DNA from: Cyanophora paradoxa CCMP329
Lineage: Eukaryota > Plantae > Glaucophyta
Assembly: GCA_004431415.1 (NCBI GenBank)
Contig: QPMI01000604.1
Coordinates: 29,286 to 93,285 of the forward strand
DNA: 64,000 bases
Reading direction: 5' to 3'
Shown piece by piece: positions 25,811-39,259 of the stretch. Position numbers and translations under genes: made by a program. Numbering within the stretch: position 1 is the stretch's first letter; each line of letters opens with the position of its first letter. The notes under the pieces were generated by a model that worked only from the letters and a program-made list of their open reading frames with translations, ran no database searches and was not told the origin of the DNA.

Positions 25811-28126
25811 ATGAAGAGCGATCCGGGAGGCGGCGCGCCTGCGCTAGGCGGAGGCGATCCAACCGGGGGCGATCTGGGCGGGAGCGCGCCTCCGGCGCTC
25901 GCGCCCGTCCTGCACGGGCAGTGCTCTTGGACGGACGAGGTGCCGGCCGCTCTCCCGCGCTGGTGCTTGCGCCGCGCTGACGCCCGAAGCCAGCTGCTTG
26001 TCAAGAGCAACAAGTTCTACCCGCCCAGCGTCCGCACCAGCGAGGAACAGCTGAAGTTCTACGCCTCCAAGTTCCCATTCGTGCGCCACGCCTGCGCCGC
26101 GCGTTTCAACCGCTTTCAGACGCTGCGCTGACTTCGCTGCGCGTCGCACGCGAAGGTAGAGATCGATACGAGGTCCGCACGCGCACCGCACGCGTACGCG
26201 TGGTGCCGCCGCGCTGGGGCCGCGGCCAGCGCCGGCGCGCGCGACGTCGAGCCTGCAGCTGACGAGGCGCCTCGCCGCCGTCGCGCAGCAACTACGCGAT
26301 CCCAAGCCCGAAGAAGGTCGCGGACTGGGTCGCGCGCACGCCCCCGGGCTTCCTCTTCCACTTCAAAATCTTCGGGCGCGTACGCGTGCACGCGCGCAGC
26401 TTAAACTGCGCTCTCGATCTCTCTTAGTCTCCGGTCCACGCCTCCGCCCTGACCTCTGGCCCGCGCGGCCCGGCCCGGCAGCCTGCTCTGCGGGCGGGAG
26501 GTCCAGTACAGGAGCATGCCCTGGCAGGCGAAGCAGCTGCTGCCCGCGGAGCGCTTCGGTGGCGAGGCGGGCACAGTCTCCATGGCCGACCTCAGCGAGG
26601 CGCGCGCGCTCGCGGCGCTTTCTAAGCTTCGGCGCTGAATTCCCGCCGAATTTCCAGGAGGCGGAGGAGGCGGTGTGGGGCGCCTTCCACGCGGCCGTGC
26701 AGCCGGCGGCGGAGAAGGGACGCCTCGGCCTCGTCGTCTTCCAGTTCGCCGCGGGCTTCGGCGACACGGGCGAGAACCGCGCCTGGATCGCCCGCTGCGC
26801 CGAGAAGGCGAGCACCTCGAATTTGATCCGCCGAATTCGAATCGAACCCGATCTCAGATGAGGCCGCACACGATCGCGGTGGAGCTGCGCGCGCGCGAGT
26901 GGTACGCCCCCGCCGCCGGCACCGCCGACTTCCTCCGCTCCATCGGCGCCGTGCGCACCCGCACCCGTCCCTGCGCCCCCTCCGCCTTCGAATTTGATCT
27001 CTTGATGCAGGTCCGGGTGACTGTGGACGAGAGGGACGTCGAGAACGTCGCCCCCGAGGCCGTCGACGCGAACCCGGGTGCATAATTCAGTGTGCCCCAG
27101 TAACCCCGCCGGCCGGCCGACCGCGTCCCTCCCGCTCAGAGGCGGGGCGGCCGGTGCCGCTGGAGCCGGCTCCGAGCCACGCCGAGCTCGCCTACGTCCG
27201 CGTGCACCGCCGCGCCGGCCCCGCCCGCCTCCTCCGCCCCCCCGAGCTCCAGCGGTGCGCCTGCCCCCGCCCGGCGCGACGCGCTGCGAGGCAAGCTCTA
27301 GCGCATAAATTGCACCGCAAGTCTAAGATCCAGCGCTGCGCGTGCGGCATAACCCTAGGGATTCAAATCTTATCTTATTTGAAGGCGGCTCTTGTGACGC
27401 CCCTCCGCCAGATGGCTCGCCATCCTCGCGGTCCTCCGCGCCCAGGTGGCCCGCGCCGTCTTCATCGCCTGGAACACCAACGAGGCGGACCAGAGCGTCC
27501 AGAACGCCGTGCGCGCCGCCCATGAGATGATCAGCTTGATGCTAAGATCTAGACCCTGATCATGAGCTCTAACATGATTTGCAGTACGCGCTCTCGCGGA
27601 TGCTGGAGCCCGACTCGCTGGCGGAGTGGGAGCGCAAGCGGCTCGAGGCCCACGGCGGCGGCATCAAAGGTTCGGCAACTAAGGGCTGCCTGCGCCGTCG
27701 AATCTCACTTTCGGGTCTCTGACGGGCGCTGGTGGGGGCGGACGCTCAGCCATGTTCGCGCGCGCGGAGGCGAGGGGCAGAGAGGCGGCGCCGGCGCCGG
27801 CGCCGGCGGATGCGGGAGGCGGCGCGGGCGAGGCCGCCGAGGTCGCCGAGGCCGCTCCGGACCCGCCGGCAACGCAGGCCGGCCGCTCGGGCCTGAGGGG
27901 GCCCGGCGCGACGCAGCCTGCAGCCGCCGGGGCGTCAACTGCTCCGGGCAGCCCGAAAGATCGAAAGGCGGGCGCGCCCGCCTCGCCGGGCGGGGCGGGG
28001 GCCAAGCGGGCGGCGGCGGGCGGCGGGGGGAGCGCCGGGAAGGGCAAGAAGGCGAAGGGAGGACAGGCGCAGGGGCCGCCCCCGGGCCAGGCGTCCCTCA
28101 AGAGCTTCTTCGGCCCCAAGACGTGA
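25811..28126 (+). CDS. DUF72 (YecE/YunF-like TIM-barrel) protein with C-terminal PIP-box-like motif
   Basis: GQCSWTD...FYPPSVRTSEEQLKFYASKFPFVEIDTSNYAIP...WVARTPPGFLFHFKIF...GRLGLVVFQF...AVELRAREW...AYVRVHRR...FIAWNTNEADQSVQNA; ends QASLKSFFGPKT*. Confidence 0.85.
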
Positions 28127-28550
28127 ACGATGGGCTCGATCATGAGATCTAGGCCTAGATTGTAGATTGTAGAACCTAGATCTACAGTAACAAGGTAGGG
28201 AATACGTGGTTGTAAAGTACAAGAGTAGCCATAGCTATTTAGTGTACGTGATTATAATTATTCATCATGATCATGATCATAATCATGAGTACTAGTCGAC
28301 GTCTTGCCCTCAGGGGCCTCGCGCGCATTTCCATTTTTAAGCGATTTTCTGGCCTGGACTTCTTCAGTGCGGACAGTGTCGTGGGCCCCGACCGGTACCC
28401 GACCCTGCGAGGCTTGTGTGCCTGGCGCCCCCGGCCTAAGGGTTGCTCGCCCTCGCGATCGGACTTCATGAACCAGCAGCTAAAGACGCGAGCGCCCTGC
28501 CCTGCCCCGCCCTGCCAAGCCCTGCCATATATCATTTCCACTCTGATCGC

Positions 28551-30570
28551 TCACAACGCGAGGTCGAATCGGACGGTGTCCGAGCGGAGGAAGGGGCCGC
28601 CGCCACCGCCCTTCTCCAGCTGCGCGGGGCCGGCCGGCCACCCCGTCAGCCCCCAGCGCGGGCGAGCGAGCGGGCGGGCGCCGCGCGGGTTAGAGGGGAC
28701 CCACCTGCCGGACCCACGCGATGCTCGTTTCGTTCGCGAAGTACCCCTGCGACGCGGCGGCGTCAGACGCGGGGACGGGGGCGGGCGGAGCGGTGGGGGA
28801 AGCGTGTGGCTCACCTGAGCCGCCCAGGACAGCATCTCCGAGGTCTTGTACGGCCCAAAGACTTCCTGCCCCTCCTCGCTCCCTGCGAACGAAGAGGTCA
28901 GGGGACGGCGGCGCGGGGGGTACGCGGCGGCGGGGCCGGGGCTCGCATTTGTACTCCCACAGCGGCTCGTCCGAGCCGGACGCGGCGTCGGCGCCGGCCG
29001 CCGGGCCCCCCGGCGGGCCGGCCCGCGCCCCCGAAGGCCGCACGGCCGCCAGAAACTTCTCGTACGGGTCCTGGTACACGCCTGTACCCCCCAGCCGTCG
29101 GCGGGGCGCCGGCGCGGACGGACGGACGGGCGGGCGGGCGGGCGCACTGGCGTGGCCGGCGCTCAGGAGGCGGTCAGCCGCTTCGGTGAGCCGCTCGAAG
29201 TCGCTCCCGGGCGCCCCGCCCCTCTTCTTCACCTGGGCCGCCTTCCCGGGCGCCGGCGCCGGGCCCCGCAGCCGCCGCAGCGCCGTCAGGACCGTCTCCC
29301 TGCGAGCGAAGTGGGCGCGGGCATCCCCCGGGGCGCCGCGCCGCGTACCCCGGCTTGATCAGGGAGAGAATCGTGCGCCGGCACGCGGGAACGTCCACCT
29401 ACGGGCCGGGCCGGGTCAAAAAGGGGAGGGCGGGGGGGAGGGGAGGAAAGGAAGGTGGGGGGGTAGGCCCGCCTCCTCGGCGTCCTCGTCGGAGTCGATG
29501 GGCTTGTCGGCCTGCAGGTCCCACGAGAGGTTCTTGGCGCGCTTGACCCACTCGAACTTGTCCGCCTTGGCCTTGTCCGCCGCCAGCCGCTTCTTCCGCC
29601 TGCGCGCCCCGCCCCGTCGGCGGCGGCGGCGGCCGAGGGCGACCGGGCGGGAAAGCCCGGGGGCGGCGCGGGCGCACGAGAACTCGGGTCCCAGGTTCTT
29701 CTCCTCCTCGTCCGCGTCGTCCTCGTCCGGGTTCTGCGGCGCGGCGGCGCTCGGCGGGCGGGGGGCGGCGGGCGAGGCGGGGCGCGCGGGGCGGGGGGCG
29801 GGGGGCGGGGGACGGGTACCGCCTGGGCCTCGTCTTCGCCCTCGACCTCCTCGAGCCACGCGTCGCGCACGTCCTTCTTCAGGCGGTGCTCCACCTGCAC
29901 GCCGGCCACCCGCGCGTCGGACCGCGGGCGGCGGGCGGCGGGCGGCGGGCGGAGAGCGGAGGGCGCGGGGACGGAGGGACGGATAAGGGCGCACGTAGTT
30001 GCCATCCTCGTCGAAGTAGCCCTCCTTCTTCTCGCGCTTCAGGTTGAACGGCTCCAGGGGCACGTCCCAGTCCGACTGCGGGCGCCGCTCAGCCGCAGCG
30101 GAGCGGGCGGGCGGGTGGCAATGGTGCGGCCGGCAGATAGCGCCCCGGCGGCGCGCTGTGCCCGCACCTGCATCTTCTTGGCAGCATCGTCTGGGCCTTC
30201 CTCCTCACCCTCCACCTCGGTCATCATCTTCAGGGCGGCGGCATCCGCGGCATCCTTCTTCTTCTTACGACGCGCGATCTGCGCGTCCAGGTCGTTCTCG
30301 TCCTCCGGCTCGTTGCCACCGAAGCCTTGTTCAAACGCGTCCAGCTCCGCGTCCTCTTCCGACGCGTCCCCCTCGTCATCGTAGTCCTCGCTGTACTCAG
30401 CTCGCATCAGCGGGACGATCGCGCTGCGTACGCTGCGGGAGGGTGGGAGCATCGCACTCGAAAGCGGCACGCTTCGCCGCCCCGCGAATCTCGCCCTGGA
30501 CGAGATCCCGGTGCGACTTGCCGCGCTTCTCGACGCCATCCAGCGACCCAGCTCCACGTTTGGGCGGCAT
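28551..30570 (-). CDS. CD2BP2: CD2BP2 / U5 snRNP 52K (Lin1) homolog with C-terminal GYF domain
   Basis: VPLEPFNLKREKKEGYFDEDGNY, ETVLTALRRL, DFERLTEAADRLL, GVYQD, WEYK...GPYKTSEMLSWAAQ|GYF. Confidence 0.88.
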
Positions 30571-30615
30571 CGTTGTGCTTGCTCTGTACCCGTTCCAGCC
30601 AGGGTACAGTGACGG

Positions 30616-33600
30616 ATGAGGTCGGCCGCTGTGGTCCTCGTGGCCGTGCTCGCGGCGCTCCTTGTGGGCCGCCCGGCGCTTAGGATAGAGCGGTCAGCAC
30701 CGGGGAGCAGCCCCCGGCCCGCGTGGCGCGAGGCGAGGAACTCGAGCTTGGAGGAGCCCGCGGCCGCGCCGCGTACGGAGGCGCAGAGCAGCGCAAGCGT
30801 GGAACATGGTGCGTGCGGAGGACAGCGCTGAGCGCCCGCCCTCCTCGCGGGCCGCTCAAGCCGCCGCGCAGAGTTCATCGTGTCCTTCAAGTCGTACCTC
30901 CACGCGGAGGAGCACGAGCGCGCCCTGCGTGCATCCGTAGGGGACGACGCTTCCTTGCGGGTTATCCCGCGCAAGAACGCGGCGGCCGCTTTCCCGACGG
31001 ACTTCCTTTTAGTCCGGGTGAGGGGCCCCGGGCCGCGCGAGGGAGGGCCGCCACGACGCGGGACGCAGCTCGCGGACGGAGCGGACGAGGGCGAGCTGCT
31101 GCGGCGGATCCGTGCGATCCCGGAGGTCCGGCACGTCGTCCCGCAGCGGCGCATCGTCGACACGCTCCTCTCGCTGCGCACCGGGCCGGGCACCGACCCG
31201 CTCGGCCGCCCGCCGTGGCGATCGCGGTGCGCTCGTTTCTCTCGCCGCCCGCCGCCCGCCGCCCGCCTCCGGTCGACGCTGGCGGCGCCTCACGCGCCCC
31301 GCGGCGCAGGAAAGGGACGGGGCGGCCCTTCTCGTTCGACGAGGAGGAGGGCCTCCCGCTGCGGAGCAGGCGGAGGCTCCTCAGCTCCCAGGTCACGTCC
31401 CTCCTCAACGCCGACCAGCTCTGGGGCAAGGGGTTCTCCGGCGCGCCGCCCCGCCTCGCCGCGCTGCGCCCCGCGTCGCCGCGCCGCGCCGCCGCTGAGC
31501 GCGGCGCCGCGGCGAGCAGGCAAGGGCGTCAAGGTCGCGATCTTCGACACGGGGCTCAAGATCGACCACCCCCACTTCCGCAACATCAAGGCGCGCTTGT
31601 ACCCCCCTCTTCCCCCCCGCCCCCAGCCTCCTCACGGTACCCCGCAGGAGCGGACGAACTGGACGGACGAGGACACGCTCGACGACGGACTCGGCCACGG
31701 CACCTTCGTCGCGGGGGTACGCGTTTTCCTTCTCCCGGCCCTTCCGCTCCGTTCGCCCGCCCGCGGTCGCCCGACGGCCGATTCGCTTCGTTCGCTCGCA
31801 GGTGGTGGCCTCGCACGACGGGGAGTGCAAGGGCTTCGCCCCCGACGCCGACATCCACACCTTCCGCGTCTTCACCAACGGGCAGGGTACCCCCCCCTGC
31901 CCTGCCCCCCCCCGCGCTTTCTCCTTGCGCCGACCCCCCGGGGGGGTACAGTCTCGTACACGTCGTGGTTCCTGGACGCCTTCAACTACGCCATCCGCTC
32001 CCGCGTCAACATTCTGAACCTCTCCATCGGGTATCCCCCTTCTCTCGTCGCCCAAATCGCGTACCCCCGCTCACCTTCCCCCCCACGCAGGGGCCCGGAC
32101 TACATGGACCGACCCTTTGTCGACAAGGTCCGTTCGTTCGTTTAGGCACCCCCAAGCCGCTCGGGCCCCGCTCCGCCTCGGGCCTGCCCCAGAAGCCCTG
32201 CGTCCCGCCCGCGGGAGAGAGGCACAGCCCTCTCCGCCCTTGGCCCTCGCCCCGCCCGAGGGGCACTAGACGAGCAGCTACCGCCCCACCCCGCCCAGCC
32301 CGCGCCGCCCGGGGCCGCCCGCGCCCTCGGGCGGACCGACCTGAGCACGGGGGCGGCCTCAGGTGAACGAGATGGCGGCGAACAACATTATCGTCGTCTC
32401 CGCCATCGGCAACGACGGGCCCCTCTACGGGTTCGGCTCCCGCCGGGGCCGCTTTCCGCCGCTCTCCGGGGGCCACTCTTTCACACCTTAACTCTGCCTC
32501 CGCGCAGGACCCTGAACAACCCCGCCGACCAGACCGACGTCATCGGCGTGCGTGCCGACCCGAGGCCGTCCCCGTACCCCGGCCCGACGCGCGAGCGCGC
32601 AGGTGGGGGGTATCGATTTCGACGAGTCGATCGCCTCCTTCTCGTCCCGCGGGATGACCTCCTGGGAGGGTGCGTACCCCCCTCCCCTCCTCCCCCCCTC
32701 CCCCCTTCCTCTCTTGAACCTTGCTGTACCCCCACCCTCCCGCAGCGCCCGACGGATACGGCCGCCCGAAGCCCGACCTGGTCGCCTACGGTCCGCCCGT
32801 AACCCCCCCCCCCCCCGCCTCTCTTTTTCTGTACCCCTTACGCCCCCGCCCGCCCGCCCCTGCAGGCCGCAACGTGTACGGCTCTCGCATGGGCGGCGGC
32901 TGCCGCTCCCTCTCCGGTACCCCCCCCCCCGGGCCCTATCCACCCCTACCCCTGCCAACCGCGCGTGTACCCGGCAGGGACGTCGGTGGCCTCGCCGGTG
33001 GTCTGTGGGGCGGTGACGCTGCTCGCGTCTGTCATCCCCGAGGACCGCCGCTGGAAGGTCAACCAAGGCGCAGAGATGGGGCGGGGCGGGGCGAACAGGG
33101 CCCTGAGGCCCTCCCCCCGCAGGTGCTCAACCCGGCGAGCATGAAGCAGGCGCTGGTTGAGTCGGCGGTGCGCGTCAAGACGGGCGCCAACGTCTTCGAG
33201 CAGGGCGCCGGCAAGTGCGTGGGCGTGGGCGTGGGAGTGGGAGTGGGGGTGGGACGGGCCCGACCCGCCCACTCGGCTCGATCCATCCGAGCCGGCTGCC
33301 CGCCCGCCTGGCCCGGCTCGGCTCGATACGAGCCGGCTCGCGCGCAGGCTGAACCTGGTGGGCGCCCACGAGATCCTCGCGAAGTACACGCCCCGCGCCT
33401 CCCTCCACCCCAAGAGGTAGGCTGAGCTCAGCTGAGCTGAGCTGTCTGCGAGCGCGCCGGCGCTGTACTGAGCCGAGCTTCCTTCCCCCCCCCTCCCCCC
33501 CCTGCCCCCCCCCCCCCCCCCCCCCCCCCCAGCCTGGACCTGGCGGACTGCCCGTACATGTGGCCCTTCTGCACGCAGCCGCTCTACGCCCGCGCGCAGC

Positions 33601-36378
33601 CCGTCGTCTTCAATGTGACGATCCTCAACGGCATGGGCCTCATGGGCCGCGTCGCCGAGCAGGTGGGTGGCCCAGCTTTCCAGCTTTCCTTAAGCTCGCC
33701 CGGCTCACTTCGCCTTTCCTTCCAGCCGGTGTGGACGCCCGGCGAGAACGGGGACAAGCTGAAGATCTCGGTGAGCTACCCGGAGCGCCTCTGGCCCTGG
33801 ACGGGATACCTGGGCGTGCACATCACGGTGGACGCCTCCGCCGACAAGTTCGACGGGTTCGCGGAGGGCAAGCTTTCCGTGAAGGTCGCCAGCCCGGGCG
33901 ACACGCCGGTGCCCTTGCCCTTGCCCTCCGCCGCAGCGCCCGCCCCGCCCCTGACTGATCGAGCCGGGCAGGACGAGCCCGAGCGTACGAGCGTGGCGGA
34001 GCTGCCCATCCGCGCCAAGATCATCCCCACGCCCGACGTGCGCCCGTCCCGTCCCCTGCCTGCTTCGCTCCGCGCTCCGCCTCGTCCCGATGACGCCGCG
34101 GCGGCGCAGCGCTCGAAGCGGATCCTGTGGGACCAGTTCCACAACCTGCAGTACCCCCCGGGCTTCATGCCCCGCGACAACCTCAACATCAAGGCGCGCG
34201 CCCAGCGCCCCGCGCCCAGCGCAACGCTGAACGCTTAACGCGCCCTTCCGGGCCTTGACGCCCGCCCCGCCCCGCAGGACGACGTGCTGGACTGGAACGG
34301 GGACCACCCGCACACGAACTACCGCGGGGCCTACAGCCAGCTCCGCGAGCACGGGTCCGCGCGCGCCCTTGCAGCCGCGCCCGCCCACCCTACCCACCTA
34401 CCCCCCCCTCCCCCCCCCCAGGTTCTTCGTGGAGCTGCTGGGGAGGCCCTTCACCTGCTTCGACGCCAAGGAGTACGGTCCGCGCCCCGCCGGCCCACCC
34501 GCCAGCGCCAGCGACCTCCCCCGCCCCGCCAGCGCCCGCCCCGCCAGCGCCCGCCCCGCCCCAGCCAGCGACCTTCCCCCCGACCCCCTTTGATGCGGTA
34601 CCCCCGGCAGGGGCGCTGGTGCTGGTGGACTCGGAGGAGGAGTACTTCCCCGAGGAGGTCCAGAAGATCAAGGCCGTGCGCCCGCCCGCCCGCACCCGGG
34701 AGGGAAGAGGGGGGGAGAGGGCCGGGGGGGGAAGAGGGGGAGAGGGCCCGCTCGCCCCCCCGCCCGCCCGCCCGCTCGCGCGATCGGCCGGCCGGCCCCT
34801 CGACCCTCGGCCCTTGGCCCACGCGCCGCCCGACCGCGCCCCGCCCTTCCCGCCCTTCCCGGTAGAGAAGAGCCGGGCCCGGCCCCGTCGTCTCACGCCC
34901 GCGCCCCTCGTCACCGCCCGCAGGATGTGGAGGAGCACGGGCTGGGCCTCGTCGTCTTCGCCGACTGGTACAACGACGCCGTGCGCCCCCGCCCCCGCCC
35001 CCGCCAGCCCGTCCGCCCGGACCCGCCCCACGGAGCTTGAGTTCCGCGCCGCGCAGGTGATCGTGAAGCTGAAGTTCTTCGACGACAACACGCGCTCCTG
35101 GTGGACCCCCGTCACCGGGTCCGCTCGCTCGCTCCCCCTCCCTCCTCGGCGCCGCCCCCTCCCTCTCACCTCGACCAGCGGGGCGAACGTGCCGGCGCTG
35201 AACGAGCTGCTGGCGCCCTTCGGCATGGCTCTCGGCGACGTCGTCTACTCCGGCCGCGTGCGCCTAATCTTCTTCGCTCGCTTCAATTTGATGCTCACTC
35301 ACGGCTCGCGCAGGCGAACATCGGGTCGCACCACCACTCGTACGCGTCGGGAACGCACGTCATCAAGTGGCCGGCGGGGGGTACCCTCCACAAGTCCAAG
35401 GAGGTCACCGACCAGGGGGCGGGTCTCGCCGGCCGCCCCGCCGTCGCCCAGGCGAGCGAGCGAGCCGCGCCGAAGCTAGACCGGCCCAGGGCTCGCTCAC
35501 CCAGCCGGCCCGCCTCGCTCGCGCGCAGGCGGAGGTGCCCCTGATGGGAGTGTGGGAGAGCAAGGCGCCGGCGGGCGGGCTGGGCCGCGGCGGGCGCGTC
35601 CTCGTCTACGGCGACTCCAACTGCCTCGACGAGGTGCGCGGGCGCTAAAAATAGCTTCGAGGGATCGAGCCCTCTTGGCTTCCTCGACGTTTTCGCCCGC
35701 AGGCGCACCTGGAGGGGGCGTGCTACGGGCTGCTGATCGACGCGGTGAAGCACGCGGCCGGCGGGGCGGGGGAGAAGTGGCCGCACGCGGGGGAGACCCT
35801 CGCGGAGCCCTTCGAGCACAAGGCCCGCTTCGGCTGGGGCGGCGGCATGCCTGTCCGCCAGGTCCGCCTTTTCTAAGCTCGTTCGGCTCCGTTCGGGGCC
35901 GGCCGGCTGACGGGGGGCATGCGTGCAGGGCCCCGAGGTGCACGACTGGTCGACGGGCGTGCTGATCCCCAACACCCTCGAGCTCTACTCCCGCGTCTAC
36001 AAGCGCTCCGTGCGCCCGCCCCGCCCCGCCCGCGCCCGCTTTCGTGCGATGGGCCTCGCAGGTCTCATGCCCGAACCGCGCGACGCTGGCGGCGTCGGCC
36101 CCCGGGCGGCCCTCGGTCTACGGCGGCGGGGGCGGCGGCGGTGGCGGGGCCGGGGGCGGCGGGGGCGCGGAGCCGGCGCCCGGGCCGGCGGCGGGCAGCG
36201 GGGGCGGGACGGGACGGGCCCGCCGCCGCCGGCGGGGTCGGCGACGGGGCGGGGCTTCGCGCGAGAGGGCCTCGTCCTCCCCTGGCTCGTGGCGGGGGGT
36301 ATCCTGTTCTTCGTCGCCCTCCACTTCTCCCGCCGCCTCCTCCGCCCCGAGGTCGCCCCCGCGGGGCCCCCCGTCTGA
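30616..36378 (+). CDS. MBTPS1: membrane-bound transcription factor site-1 protease (SKI-1/S1P, subtilase S8)
   Basis: Signal peptide; RRLL autoprocessing site; VKVAIFDTG, DDGLGHGTFVAG, SYTSWFLDAFNYA, SAIGNDGPLYGTLNNPADQ, SGTSVASPVV; ILWDQFHNLQYPPGFMPRDNL...DWNGDHPHTN; C-terminal TM. Confidence 0.97.
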
Positions 36379-36726
36379 GCCCCGCACCGCTAGTTATCGT
36401 GATGTAGGCCCCTCGCGAATCCTTTAATTTTGCAATGACCTAGTAAGCAGCTCGAGCGGGCGAGCGCTGGGGCGGGGGAAGGAAGCCAGCTAGGCCAGGG
36501 CAAAGTGATGACTAAATACGAGCCCCGGGGGCCAGGCAGCCCGCGGCCGGGCCCCGCCCGCCCCGCCCTCGTCGAGCGCCAGCCGCCCCCGAAGCGCCAC
36601 CTATAGCTAGTACTGCTGCTGCGCGCAGCGCCTGAGCTGCTCGTCCTTCTCGAGACCCTCCCTCCCCCCCCCCGCCCCTCCCCCCTCTTGAGTGCCAGTG
36701 GGCGAGGTAGAGCGAGGCGAACCGAT

Positions 36727-39259
36727 GAAACTCGAATATTAAGGAACTCGCGAGGGCGCCGATGGGAGCCATTTCACCGCCGATATCGATGCCCCTTGCA
36801 ATTGCCCCTTCCTCAGCTCCCCTCCAACTGCCCCCGAATCCTTGCGGTAATCCAGCTGCCGACGTGACATCCATCATTTCTAATCAGAAAGGCACAGTTT
36901 ATTAATTACATATAACATGATATCCAAGATGACTCGATGAGCATGTGCAAATTGTTTTAAGCGTCAAGGCGGAATCTCGAGATCCCAGCTGCAGCTGCAG
37001 CGTCGATTTTTCTCTCCGACGCACTCCGCGGCCATTCCAACGTTTTGATTTCGCCGGTTGCAATGTTTGTTGCAGCCGAGCTGCAAGATCACGCTGCGAC
37101 GTACACCCGCGCAGCCGCAAAAACAGCAACAGTTGCAGCAAGGGTCTGAGCAAGGAGATAAGCGCCCGTCGTGGCCGACGCCGCGCTCAAGAACGGCCTG
37201 CGGGCGGGGGTCCGAGTAAGATTGTCTGATCATGCATATGAGTTCTGAGTTTTATCTTGCAATTGCAAATGGCAGCAAGAATAAATTTAAATATATGCTA
37301 ATTACTTTAAAGCGTTCAAACCCGAAATCCACGCACACTGATGGTACAGTAACAGTCGCCGCCGTTCCGGATCCAACCCACTGGAACGCCTGCCGATTTT
37401 AGAGTTAGAGAAGCTCAAACGCCAAATGCGCCAGCAACGTTCAAATTTCCACTTACATTCTGAAGGTTCTGAACGCCGATAATCGCAACAATGAGAAAAA
37501 GGCATAATATTATTAATCGAAATAGGTGCGCTCGAAATGATAAGGCGAGCAAGCCAAAAGAAGACTGTAATCAGCGATATTTGCGCACGAATTTTTCAAA
37601 GGCATTCGTGGGGCTCGCAATCTCCAAAGTATATCCTCTGGTCAAGTCGAAAGCACCCTGCCCAGGCGAGAAGTGTGTGAGCCTCGATCAGATCTAAATA
37701 AAGATCCCTCTGATCAAGACGCACGGTCAACGCCCTCTTCCGCTGAGCGTTGCATTCTGTGAAGGGGGGCGCCTGGAAGACAATGGTGGTCGGCGTTGAG
37801 ATCCGAGCGTCCCTTGCCGCACAGCGCTTCCCGGTTTCGGGGTTGACGATCGCGATTTCGATAGGGGCATCCACCGGGAAGCCTGAACGTGCGTATGCGT
37901 GCTCGTAAATAAGATTACGCGAACGATCGCAATGCACAACAGATCTAGAGCTCATAATTATTCAAAACAGAAATTCGGCTGCCGCGGTCCGACCTTCGCC
38001 GAAAATGGTCACCGGCTCGCCCGCCTGACAAAAAAAGTACGCATCAGATCTAGAGTCACTGAGCGCGCGCACACATATAAATATATATGCATCGGGGCTA
38101 TGAGTGATCACCTGAGCAGCCTGGATCACGGGGGCAGTCAATGTCGCGGTGTTGTTGACGAATACAAGTGTTCCGTTCACGTTTCCGTTCTTCCCGCTCA
38201 CAGCAATCCGCGTGATTGACTGCGCCATTGGAAGAGCATGTCATCCCCGGCCCGCGCCGGCCCGTCGACGTCGCGTATACTATGATACGTACAGCAGCGA
38301 TGTTCTTGGGGGCCGTTGGCGGGGCGGTGGGCGCTATGAGGGCAGACGGGCTCGGGCTCGGCGATGCCGTAGGGGAGGGAGAGGGCGTCGCCGTCGGCGT
38401 CGGGCTGACGGAGGGCGTCGCCGATGGGCTGGGCGACGGCGACGGCGTAGCGATTGCGACGTCGACGCAGACGTTGTCAACGTTCTGCCTGGGCGGGGCG
38501 CAGGAGCAGACGGGCCTCTGGTAGACAGTGTTTTCGAAGAGCTTCCTCTTTAGGGTCTCAAGTGCTAAGCCAGTCGGAAGTGTCACAGAGTCAACAATTT
38601 TCTGGTTATTTGTGCAATTGGACCTGCCGCAGTGCAATATGTATTAATTGCAAGAGCATCAATGTAATTATAAGAGATACGTATATATAGATCCAAATAG
38701 GATTAGCTTAGTACAGGACGCGCGTACGTTCGCTTACCATACACAATAATCCTCGCCGTTATATTGGACAACAGTATGGTTCGTGTAGGGCTGAGCGACT
38801 GGTGACGCAGGATTTGGATGATTACCGCCTCCCGGGTCCCGATGCAAAAGTTGCGTCTCCGGGCGCGATCGACGCCCAGCCTGGCGTAGAACGCGTACGT
38901 ATGCGTATATACGTATACGGTTGTCAATTGCAATATTAATGGAGATATCGCGATCGATATCGAACACTAGCTATAGCCTTAAGCATGATGCGGATAACCG
39001 TATACCCCGCTCAATGTCCTGCATACGCACTTGGATTCACACGGTCGCTGTTGCACTTGCATGGATTTCTCACGGTTCCGCTTCCATCGGGAGTCCCAGT
39101 GCCCACCTGCTGACCGTTGGCGCACTCCGGATTGAAATAAGTCGCATATCCAAAGCAGCAGCTGGCCAGGCTGAAGACCACAATGAAGCGAAGCACCGCT
39201 GCGCATGCTGCTGCGCATGCGCACGCATTGTAAGATGCATGTGCTGCCCTGCGAAGCAT
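36727..39259 (-). CDS. putative secreted/surface protein with Pro/Ser/Thr-rich linker, multi-exon
   Basis: Hydrophobic N-terminus (VLRFIVVFSLASCCFG), Cys/Asn-rich exons, ATPSPSPSPSATPSVSPTPTATPSPSP linker at ~38330-38460; 3' end uncertain. Confidence 0.45.

Noticed and set aside
115-36427. Many long Arg/Pro/Gly/Ala-rich ORFs in the supplied track
   Set aside because: These are shadow ORFs caused by high GC, antisense or off-frame to spliced genes
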